Shown piece by piece: positions 20,397-27,939 of a stretch of DNA of 64,000 bases (position 1 is the first letter of the stretch; the number at the start of each line of letters is the position of its first letter). The stretch lies in assembly GCA_049516595.1 (NCBI GenBank), contig JBEKSY010000015.1:2938-66937 (forward strand). The letters run 5' to 3'. Origin of the DNA: Anaerolineales bacterium (GTDB taxonomy: Bacteria > Chloroflexota > Anaerolineae > Anaerolineales > RBG-16-64-43). The notes under the pieces are model-generated. The model made no database searches and was not told the origin of the DNA. It saw only the letters and a list, made by a program, of their open reading frames with translations. Position numbers and translations under genes: made by a program.

Positions 20397-21856
20397 CGCA
20401 AGGGGAGGCGAGCCACAAAGCGAATGGCAGCCTCGCTCGGCACGGGGGTCAGGAAATACAGGACCGTTGAACCCGGCGCGTGTCCGCCGTGATTGAGGAA
20501 GGTCTGATAGTCCGGATAGGCCACATCCACCCAGTAGTCGCTGCGAACGTTGATGCCATTGTCCTGGACGCTAGCCTGGCCGTAACCGTTTACATAGACC
20601 GGCCAGCCCTCCATCTCCATATACCATGAATAGGCCACGGCGATCATCCCCAGGCCGACCTGCCTGCCGCTCGCGGTCTTTGAATAGCACTGTCCTGGAA
20701 CTCCCGCCGAACCGCATGGCCAATAGGCCGTGGCATAGACCGGTATGGAGTACCAATACTGAACCGGACCATCCGGGGTGTTGGCGGTCTGGATCACAAC
20801 CTTGATCCCGTAGCCAACGATTTGATCCGTGGGCTGGACGATCACGGACTGGTCCTCCGCCGTGCGCTTCACCTCGACCCCGTCCTCATAGCGGACGCGA
20901 ATGAGGCTCTCCTTCACCCCGTACTTTCCCGCAGAAATGAGCTGCTTTTGCCCCAATTCAAGGTCGGCGAGATACTCGGCGTTGGTTCCATACGGCAGAG
21001 AGGACTGATCGCGCAGCACCGCCTCGCGTACGCGCACGATGCGGATCGTGCCATCGGCAGGCAGGGGTTGGTCCTCGGCCGGTACGGTGTAGTCCTCACC
21101 GGAGAGAGCCAAACCGCTTTGCGCTAGCGCTTCACCGACCGTGTCGGCAGCGGAGCGTATCGTCACTTCTTTTCCGTCCGCCCGGACCTGGAGCGGACGA
21201 GAGGACTTGAGCGTGACGCGGATCGGCCCTTGACCGTTTCCCGGGCTTAGCGGAGTGTCTGCCGACGGGTCCAGGGAATCTCCTTCGTACAAGGGTATCC
21301 CAAGCTGGAAGAGAGCTTCGCCCACCGTCGGACCGGCTGCTTGCAGACTCTCGATCTTCCCGTCATGGATCAAGACGAATGGGGTACCTGCCGTGACCCG
21401 AATCACTGCGGGCACTTGCCGGAGCGGCAAAGAGGCGTCCACCGCCGAACCATCGGCCAGAACCACTTCTCCCGGAAAGACAGGGATCCCCATGGAAAGC
21501 AGGAGATTTGCAGGAATGAGCAGATCGCTCTGGTGCACGAGGACTTTTGTCGACCGAGAATTCGTCTCCAGCCGGATCCATTTCCCACGATCAACGCGAA
21601 CCGACATGCCGGCCGTCACGGGGGAAGACAGATCGGGTTGAACTCGGTCATCAGGACCGAGGACGACCCCGGCATCGCGCAGCACCAGCGCGACCGAGTG
21701 TGCGTGCGTCAGCACGCTCAGGGAGTGACCGTCCGCGACGACGGCCACATTGCGCCGGGTGGCGAGAAAAATCCCTGCGCCGACCAGTGCTATTGCGACT
21801 CCAGACACAACTGGAACCGTATTTGCCCGCCTGAGACTGGGAATCTTCAAGGTCAT
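20393..21856 (-). CDS. YabE/RpfB-like protein: TM + ubiquitin-like DUF348 repeats + G5 + 3D-like domain
   Basis: Repeated TVGEAL/DRV.P units, G5 segment (GKYGVK...YEDGVEV...Q.VGYG) and C-terminal ATAY...TASG...IAV...GYG...QDNG...VDV. It overlaps rsmA, as in yabE/rpfB-ksgA synteny. Start MTLKIP at 21856. Confidence 0.85.
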   Translation of the reverse strand: MTLKIPSLRRANTVPVVSGVAIALVGAGIFLATRRNVAVVADGHSLSVLTHAHSVALVLRDAGVVLGPDDRVQPDLSSPVTAGMSVRVDRGKWIRLETNSRSTKVLVHQSDLLIPANLLLSMGIPVFPGEVVLADGSAVDASLPLRQVPAVIRVTAGTPFVLIHDGKIESLQAAGPTVGEALFQLGIPLYEGDSLDPSADTPLSPGNGQGPIRVTLKSSRPLQVRADGKEVTIRSAADTVGEALAQSGLALSGEDYTVPAEDQPLPADGTIRIVRVREAVLRDQSSLPYGTNAEYLADLELGQKQLISAGKYGVKESLIRVRYEDGVEVKRTAEDQSVIVQPTDQIVGYGIKVVIQTANTPDGPVQYWYSIPVYATAYWPCGSAGVPGQCYSKTASGRQVGLGMIAVAYSWYMEMEGWPVYVNGYGQASVQDNGINVRSDYWVDVAYPDYQTFLNHGGHAPGSTVLYFLTPVPSEAAIRFVARLPLR

Positions 21857-21865
21857 TGGAGTGAA

Positions 21866-21974
21866 CAGCCCGGTCAGGTTTCCCGGCGGCACCCGGATGG
21901 TCCCTCTTACCGTTGCTCCCTTTCGGTCCTGGCGGGGTTCAAGGGCTTCCGCCGCGCCGGACCCGGCCGGGCTA
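21866..21974 (-). ncRNA. ffs: Signal recognition particle RNA (small bacterial SRP / 4.5S)
   Basis: The minus strand reads AACCCCGCCAGGACCGAAAGGGAGCAACGGTAAG, the helix-8 consensus with a GNRA loop and CAGG/AGCA internal loop. It sits in a long hairpin closed by AGCCCGG/CCGGGCT and is preceded by a strong promoter. Confidence 0.9.
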
Positions 21975-21981
21975 GCTTGCC

Positions 21982-22010
21982 ATGGTAATTCAAGGGGGGA
22001 GGGCTGTCAA
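21982..22010 (-). promoter_or_regulatory. Sigma70 promoter of ffs(-yabE-rsmA)
   Basis: TTGACA (22005-22010)-N17-TACCAT (21982-21987), ending about 7 nt before the SRP RNA 5' end. Confidence 0.8.
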
Positions 22011-22038
22011 CGCACGGCTTTGCACGCACGGCTTTGCA
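22011..22038. repeat. Perfect 14-bp tandem direct repeat abutting the ffs -35 box
   Basis: CGCACGGCTTTGCA x2 (22011-22024 and 22025-22038). Confidence 0.9.
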
Positions 22039-22253
22039 GTCACGCCGAGAAAGCCCATTGCTGCTTGGCTGGTTTCCCCCTCTCGAGTCGGACCCGAAGG
22101 AGATTGGTGTGGATCACCATGGGCGAGCCTCGAAGTCTGAAGAGGTGCACGGTGAGGCGCCGTGAAAGGGGGAGCAATCCCCAACATCCTGAGGACGCCC
22201 CCGTTCAGGGATCCTGGCACTCGCAGAGGAAGGGCTTTCCCCGTCGGGAGAAA

Positions 22254-22330
22254 TGCAAAGGGCCGTCAATTCGGACGGCCCTTTGCAGCGCTGCGGCATC
22301 CTTATCCTTGGGGGAGTGATGCCGCAGCGC
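22254..22330. repeat. Two back-to-back inverted repeats (14-bp and 13-bp stems)
   Basis: TGCAAAGGGCCGTC-aattcg-GACGGCCCTTTGCA is immediately followed by GCGCTGCGGCATC-N17-GATGCCGCAGCGC. On the minus strand the first stem is followed by TTTCT (terminator-like). Confidence 0.8.
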
Positions 22331-23113
22331 TCGGACTACATGAGGTTTTCATCTTCGGCACCACCTCCTCCCTTTCTTAGGATAGCGAGGGAAAGAGGCT
22401 GTTTCTCTTACTTAGGGGGTAGTATGACACAGAGGCTTCATGTTGTCAACCGGCTCATCTCCCCGAGCGAGCCATCCCGGGAACCCTTCTTCCCCGCTTT
22501 GTTCTTGCCTACCCCGGTCCGCCCCGGTTGGACGTCGATGCCGAGGACTTGCAAGGAAAGGGCCCTCCAGGGCCCAAGTCCACGCTGTATAATCCCTTGG
22601 ATCGAGGATCCGGCACCTGGCGACATCCCGACGGCCACGCGAACCAGGAATCACACGCTCCCAGCGCTTTGGCCTTGATAGCTCTCGTTGCCTTCCGCCT
22701 GTTCCGAGACGGGCTTCCGGCGCCGGATGTTTCAGCGCATACGTTTCTTGCCAGTTCAACGGTCGTCTGATCGCCTGTTTTACCAGCGGCTACGACCGGG
22801 AGAACAGCGCCGGATTGCCAGGGCAGGATCTGAAGCCAGGTCGCGTTTCGTCCCGGTTTCCTGCTCTCCCAGTGAGCGGCGGGGAGGAGAAGTGCAAGCT
22901 GCAGGTTTTCGGGGTGAATCCCAACAGCTCTGGGTTGATCCCGGGGCTTCCAGTGCGAACACGAGCCCTCGCCGCCACCCATCCGCCAAGGTCAAAGGCC
23001 TGGGATGGGGTGACGAGCCGGGTGGGCAAGCCGGAACCGGGGGGGGGTGTTTCCTTGATCAGCCAGGGTTGAGCGCGTGCTGCGAGGCCCTGCGGTTGCC
23101 CTCTTAATGCGGA

Positions 23114-24592
23114 ATGCCCAGAGACGAGAAGGCTGACCCGTTCGCCCTGCGAATTGCGCTCCTGTATGCCTTCGTGAGCGCGGTCTGGATTCTTGTTTCG
23201 GACCAGGTTCTTCTGGCTCTGATACATGATCCTCAGCAGATCGCGCTGGCGGAGACCTACAAGGGCTGGGGATTCGTCCTGGTCACGGCCGTTCTTTTGT
23301 ACGTTCTGCAACGACACCAGTTCGGACGAGCCGCCAAAGTCCAAGCGGAACGCGGCCGCGAGGCGGCCCGGCTTGCTGATATCCTCCAAATTGTCGCCCA
23401 GGCAATTATCGCGGTCGATCGAAACGAGCGGATCTTGGTATTCAACAAGGCGGCGGAGGAGACCTTTGGCTATCGCAGTGAGGAAATCCTCGGCCGCCAG
23501 CTTGACCTGCTGTTGCCTGCCCCATACCCTCGCGTCTTACGCACCCTCATTGCCTCGCTGGCCGACGGATCGAGGCCTCCTCCCCCCTCATTGAAGGGTC
23601 AGGAGATCTTCGCACGTCGCCGGGACGGCCAGTCGTTTGAGGCAGAGGCTTCCATCTCCAAGCTCGAACAGGGGGGGTTGACCCTTTTCGCCATCGCGCT
23701 ATCCGACGTTTCCGAGCGCAAACGAGCCGAGCAGGCTCTGCGCTTGTCCGAGGGGCAATATCGCGGCTTCCTCGAGCATGTTCCCCTCGGTGTCTACCGA
23801 AGCAATCCGCAGGGTCAACTTCTTGTAGCCAATTCTGCATTGGCCCAGATGCTTGGTTTCGAAACGGAGGATGACCTCCTGGCCCTCAACATTGGGCGAG
23901 ATCTTTATGCCGACCCTCAGGAGCGAGAGCGTTTGTTGGAGCTGCTCGATGCGGAAGGCGAGCTGCGCGGGGCCGAGCTCCGCCTGCGAAGAAGGGATGG
24001 AGAAGAAATCGTCGTGGTAGAGCACTCTCGAGCGGTCCACGACGAAGAGGGCCGCATTCTGTACCACGAGGGGACTCTTACCGACATCACCGACCGAATC
24101 CGCGCTGAAGAGCGGTTGCGCTTCCTGAGCACGCATGATCCCTTGACTGGCCTTTACAACCGTTCCTACTATGAGGAAGAACTCGTTCGACTGGGACGGG
24201 GGCGTGCCTATCCCGTGGGTGTCATCGTTGCTGATTTGGACGGGCTAAAAGACGTCAACGACACACGTGGGCACGAGGCCGGAGACGGTCTGCTCCGCGA
24301 TGCCGCCGAGATCTTGCGGGCTGCCTTCCGCGCCGAAGACGTCGTGGCCCGCATTGGCGGGGATGAGTTCGCCATCCTTCTGCCCAGCTCGGCGATTGCC
24401 GATGTACACCAAGCCATCCAGAGGGTCCGCGCTAAGGTCGCCGAGAGGAATCAGAATCAAGCGAGAGTGGTGCTCGGCATTTCGCTGGGATGCGGGGTGG
24501 CGCGCTCGGAGGAAGAACTGGGCAGCGCCCTGCGCGAGGCGGACGCCAGCATGTATCAGGAAAAAGTTTCTCAAAGAGAGCTGAAAAGATAG
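23114..24592 (+). CDS. Membrane-anchored diguanylate cyclase (2 TM - PAS - PAS - GGDEF)
   Basis: Two N-terminal TMs (WILVSD...YKGWGFV) and two PAS domains. The GGDEF domain has DPLTGLYNR, DLDGLKDVND, GHEAGD, I-site RAED and active site GGDEF. Confidence 0.95.
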   Translation: MPRDEKADPFALRIALLYAFVSAVWILVSDQVLLALIHDPQQIALAETYKGWGFVLVTAVLLYVLQRHQFGRAAKVQAERGREAARLADILQIVAQAIIAVDRNERILVFNKAAEETFGYRSEEILGRQLDLLLPAPYPRVLRTLIASLADGSRPPPPSLKGQEIFARRRDGQSFEAEASISKLEQGGLTLFAIALSDVSERKRAEQALRLSEGQYRGFLEHVPLGVYRSNPQGQLLVANSALAQMLGFETEDDLLALNIGRDLYADPQERERLLELLDAEGELRGAELRLRRRDGEEIVVVEHSRAVHDEEGRILYHEGTLTDITDRIRAEERLRFLSTHDPLTGLYNRSYYEEELVRLGRGRAYPVGVIVADLDGLKDVNDTRGHEAGDGLLRDAAEILRAAFRAEDVVARIGGDEFAILLPSSAIADVHQAIQRVRAKVAERNQNQARVVLGISLGCGVARSEEELGSALREADASMYQEKVSQRELKR

Positions 24593-24686
24593 GGGGACTT
24601 CACGAACGGGTTGGGGCGGTGGCAGCACCCTTGGGGCCCTCTGCTTTGGTAATGGTCGCAGAAGGGGCCCGCGCTGTGGAGGATGA

Positions 24687-27410
24687 TTGACGGACGCGCC
24701 GCTGGGTCTACCCCGGGACACGACCTCATTATGCCGGCAAATCCTGGATAGGGCCGGTAAGATCATCCAGGTCGATGAGGCTTGGCGTTGGGCGCTTGGA
24801 TTCAGCCAGGACGAGGTTCAGGGTCGCTCGTTCGCGACCTTACTAACCGAGCGGTCGGCGAAAGAATTCTCGACCGCATTGGGCGAATGGATGCGGACGG
24901 GAAAGCCACGAGAGCTGAAGGTTCAAGTGGTCCGCAAGGACGGACAGGTGCAGAGCTTCAACCTTCAAGCGGAAATCAGCCCCTCGCAGGAGGGGAGAAT
25001 CTCCTGCATCCTCGGCGGGGTGGCCGAAGCGCTTCCCGCCCACGAGCTGACTGTGCCCCCCGCCTCTCTCACGGACCAACTCATTGAAACAGCAACTGTC
25101 GCATTGGTTGGGCTGGACCGGGACGGCCAGGTGCGCCTTTTCAATCGGGCTGCTCAGGCGATTAGCGGATACTCTCTGGAGGAAATCCGGCAGAAAGGAT
25201 GGTTCGAACTGGTTGCGACGGAAGCCAAGCGCGCAGAAGCCCGCGCCATTTTCGAACGGTGGAAGCAGCACCGCGAGCTGGCGCCATCCTGCGAGTATCC
25301 CATCCTCACCCGAACTGGTCAGGTCAGGTACATGTCCTGGCGGAATAGCGAGCTCCATGACCCTACGGGTCAGCCCATACTGGTCTACGCTGGGATGGAC
25401 ATTAGCGAGCATACCGCTACAGAACAACAATTGGTCGAAAACACCCAGGCCCTTGCGGCCCTCATCCAGGCTTCCCCTCTTCCCATCATCGCTATCGACA
25501 GAGAGGGTCACGTCCGGATCTGGAACCCCGCCGCCGAGCAGACCTTTGGCTGGGGCCGCGACGAGGTCCTGGGGCAGGCATTGCCGACGGTTCCCCCAGA
25601 AGAGGAAGCTGAGTATCGGCAGCTGCGAGAGCGCGTCTTTCAGGGAGGGCAAATCGGAGGTACGGAGATCCGTCGCGTCCGCAAAGATGGTGGGCCGATC
25701 GATCTGAATATTTTCACCTCCCCTCTGTATGATGCCGAGGGCAAGGTGAGCGGAGCGATGGCCGTCTACATGGAGGCCACCGACCAGAGGCAGATTCAGC
25801 AAGAGCTTCAACTGCGGCTCGCTGAGCTTGAGGCGGTCAACCGGATATCAACTACGCTGCGCTCCGCCTCAACCATAGGGGAAATGGTTCCGATTCTGCT
25901 GGACGAAATACTAGCCGTTCTCAGTATTCAGACTGGGGCCATATACCTGAGGGATTATCTGGACGGAGGGATCCGGGAGGTGACGGTACGTGGGTGGCTT
26001 GCCAAAGCGGCCTCGAAGTACCGCGAGGGCGAGCGAAGCCTTGCCGGACACGTGCTCTCCAGCGGGACCGCGTATCTGATTGAGGACTTCTCCGCGGACC
26101 CCTGGACCCCCGAAGAGATGAAGGCGACCCTTCCCCACGGTTGGGCTGGGGCGGCGGTTCCGATTCGTTCGGCTCAGGAGGTGGTCGGGATTATCTTGAT
26201 CGCGGTGGAACGACCGCGCTCGGTTGAGAAGGCCGAGCTCAATTTGCTCGGGACGATTGCAGAAATCGCTGGCAACGCCATACATCGCATGCGCCTGCAC
26301 GCGGACATGGAGGCCAACCTCGACCGCCTGACCGCCCTTCACTCCATCGAACTGGCCATCAGCGCCAGCACGGATCTGCGCGTGACCCTGGAGATTCTCC
26401 TGGACAAGGTGACCGGCTTGCTCCAGGTCAGCGCCGCTGATGTCCTCCTGCTCAAATCGCACAGTCAAACCTTGGAATATGCCGCCGGTCGAGGCTTTCG
26501 AGGCGGCGCCACAACCAAGGCTCGCTGGCGACTTGGAGAAGGACTGGCGGGTCGGGCGGCTCTGGAACGCCGCGTGCTGACCGTCCTGGATCTGCCCTCC
26601 GATTCGAAGGTTTCTTTCAGCGAGGTTCGCCCACCCCGCTCCCGCTTCCTCGAAGGCGAAGGGTTTATCTCCCAGGTCGTCGCCCCCTTGATCGCCAAAG
26701 GGGAGGTCAAGGGGGTGCTGGAGATTTTTCACCGTGCCCCTCTCAACCCCAGCCCGGAATGGCTGGAGTTCCTGCAGACCCTGGCGGGCCAAGCCGCCAT
26801 CGCGATCGAAAACGCTTCCCTGCTGGACGACCTGCAGCGCTCCAATTTGGAACTCATGCTCGCATATGACGCGACCCTGGAAGGATGGTCGCGGGCCCTG
26901 GACCTGCGAGACCGCGAGACGGAAGGTCATACCCAGCGGGTAGCCGAGCTGGCCCTCCGCCTAGCTCGCACGATGGGTTTTCCCGCCGAGAGGCTGGAGC
27001 ATGTCCGGCGAGGCGCGCTCCTGCACGACATCGGAAAAATGGGGATCCCTGATGGAATTCTCCTGAAACCCGGGCCGCTTACGGAAGAGGAATGGCAGGT
27101 GATGCGGATGCATCCGGTGTACGCACGAGACCTTCTCTATCCCATCACTTACCTGCGTCAGGCCATCGATATTCCCTTCTGCCACCATGAGAAGTGGGAC
27201 GGGACCGGCTATCCGCGCGGTCTGAAAGGAGAGGAAATCCCGCTCCCGGCCAGGATCTTCGCCGTGGTCGACGTCTGGGATGCCCTTCTCTCGGACCGGC
27301 CCTACCGGGCAGCCTGGTCCAAAGAGAAGGCTCTGGCCCACCTGCAGGAGCAGTCCGGAAAGCATTTCGATCCCAAGGTGGTGGACGTGTTCTTGAGCTT
27401 CGAACTCTAG
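24687..27410 (+). CDS. Cytoplasmic c-di-GMP phosphodiesterase (PAS x3 - GAF x2 - HD-GYP)
   Basis: ETEGHTQRV, canonical LLHDIGK (27024-27038), and HHEKWDGTGYP. TTG start with a GGAGGA SD. Confidence 0.95.
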   Translation: MTDAPLGLPRDTTSLCRQILDRAGKIIQVDEAWRWALGFSQDEVQGRSFATLLTERSAKEFSTALGEWMRTGKPRELKVQVVRKDGQVQSFNLQAEISPSQEGRISCILGGVAEALPAHELTVPPASLTDQLIETATVALVGLDRDGQVRLFNRAAQAISGYSLEEIRQKGWFELVATEAKRAEARAIFERWKQHRELAPSCEYPILTRTGQVRYMSWRNSELHDPTGQPILVYAGMDISEHTATEQQLVENTQALAALIQASPLPIIAIDREGHVRIWNPAAEQTFGWGRDEVLGQALPTVPPEEEAEYRQLRERVFQGGQIGGTEIRRVRKDGGPIDLNIFTSPLYDAEGKVSGAMAVYMEATDQRQIQQELQLRLAELEAVNRISTTLRSASTIGEMVPILLDEILAVLSIQTGAIYLRDYLDGGIREVTVRGWLAKAASKYREGERSLAGHVLSSGTAYLIEDFSADPWTPEEMKATLPHGWAGAAVPIRSAQEVVGIILIAVERPRSVEKAELNLLGTIAEIAGNAIHRMRLHADMEANLDRLTALHSIELAISASTDLRVTLEILLDKVTGLLQVSAADVLLLKSHSQTLEYAAGRGFRGGATTKARWRLGEGLAGRAALERRVLTVLDLPSDSKVSFSEVRPPRSRFLEGEGFISQVVAPLIAKGEVKGVLEIFHRAPLNPSPEWLEFLQTLAGQAAIAIENASLLDDLQRSNLELMLAYDATLEGWSRALDLRDRETEGHTQRVAELALRLARTMGFPAERLEHVRRGALLHDIGKMGIPDGILLKPGPLTEEEWQVMRMHPVYARDLLYPITYLRQAIDIPFCHHEKWDGTGYPRGLKGEEIPLPARIFAVVDVWDALLSDRPYRAAWSKEKALAHLQEQSGKHFDPKVVDVFLSFEL

Positions 27411-27433
27411 GCGGACGGCGAGAGGCAGGCCAC

Positions 27434-27462
27434 TTGTGTCGAGCCAGGACCACCCCTATAAT
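27434..27462 (+). promoter_or_regulatory. Sigma70-type promoter upstream of the peptide gene
   Basis: TTGTGT (27434-27439)-N17-TATAAT (27457-27462). Confidence 0.7.
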
Positions 27463-27567
27463 CATCCGAAGCATCTCAAATTGCCTGACAGTTCCATTCC
27501 CCAGGGGCCCGGAGGCAGGCTCCAACCGGAACAGCTTGAACTTAGCCCGGAGAGGAGGTGAGCGAGG

Positions 27568-27723
27568 ATGACCATGAGCGCGGAGGAGTTCTATGCTCGA
27601 CTCCAGTCAGAGGAAGAGACTGGATTGATCGCCGACCTGCGGCCACTTACGGAGATTCGGGAGCCCGAGCAGGTAGTGAAGGCAACGAGGAGTCCACAAG
27701 GGTACTGGTTCGGGTGGAACTAG
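27568..27723 (+). CDS. ComX-like pheromone precursor peptide (51 aa, C-terminal Trp)
   Basis: MTMSAEEFYARLQSEEETGLIADLRPLTEIREPEQVVKATRSPQGYWFGWN*. Strong SD AGGAGGTG ending 7 nt before the ATG. Below the ORF-track length cutoff. It lies directly before a ComQ-like gene. Confidence 0.85.
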   Translation: MTMSAEEFYARLQSEEETGLIADLRPLTEIREPEQVVKATRSPQGYWFGWN

Positions 27724-27789
27724 GGAGGCATGTCGGTTTGAAACATATCGCATCAAGAGCCTAGCCGGCAAGCCTCGTTAGTGGTAGAA

Positions 27790-27825
27790 ACGATCGTAGC
27801 GTGTTCTTGCACACGCTACGATCGT
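27790..27825. repeat. Perfect 15-bp hairpin between peptide and prenyltransferase genes
   Basis: ACGATCGTAGCGTGT-TCTTGC-ACACGCTACGATCGT. Confidence 0.85.
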
Positions 27826-27939
27826 CGCGGACTGGGATAGATCTCCCCCGATCAGAAGCGAGGACTTGGCATCATTCCCGCTCAGGTGTCACGAGTTCAC
27901 CAGGCAAGATCTGATTTCTCTCGAATGCGAACGAACCCA

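Noticed and set aside
22720-22770. Minus-strand GAACTGGCAAGAAACGTATGCGCTG resembling a tmRNA resume region
   Set aside because: No frame yields an ...ALAA-type tag, and there are no tRNA-like ends.
22905-23050. GGGGTGAATCC and GGAACCGGGG resembling c-di-AMP (ydaO) riboswitch segments
   Set aside because: The two segments are in the reverse order and the remaining consensus elements are absent.
27463-27567. Possible c-di-GMP riboswitch in the roughly 100-nt leader of the peptide gene
   Set aside because: The GEMM-I (GCAAA...GACGCAAAG) and class II signatures are not visible. Only an Rfam scan could exclude a novel motif.
27558-27764. ORF-track 68-aa protein MSEDDHERGG...
   Set aside because: Its GTG start lies inside the SD of the 51-aa peptide in another frame, and the product has no recognisable features. 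The peptide frame has the proper SD spacing and a meaningful context.
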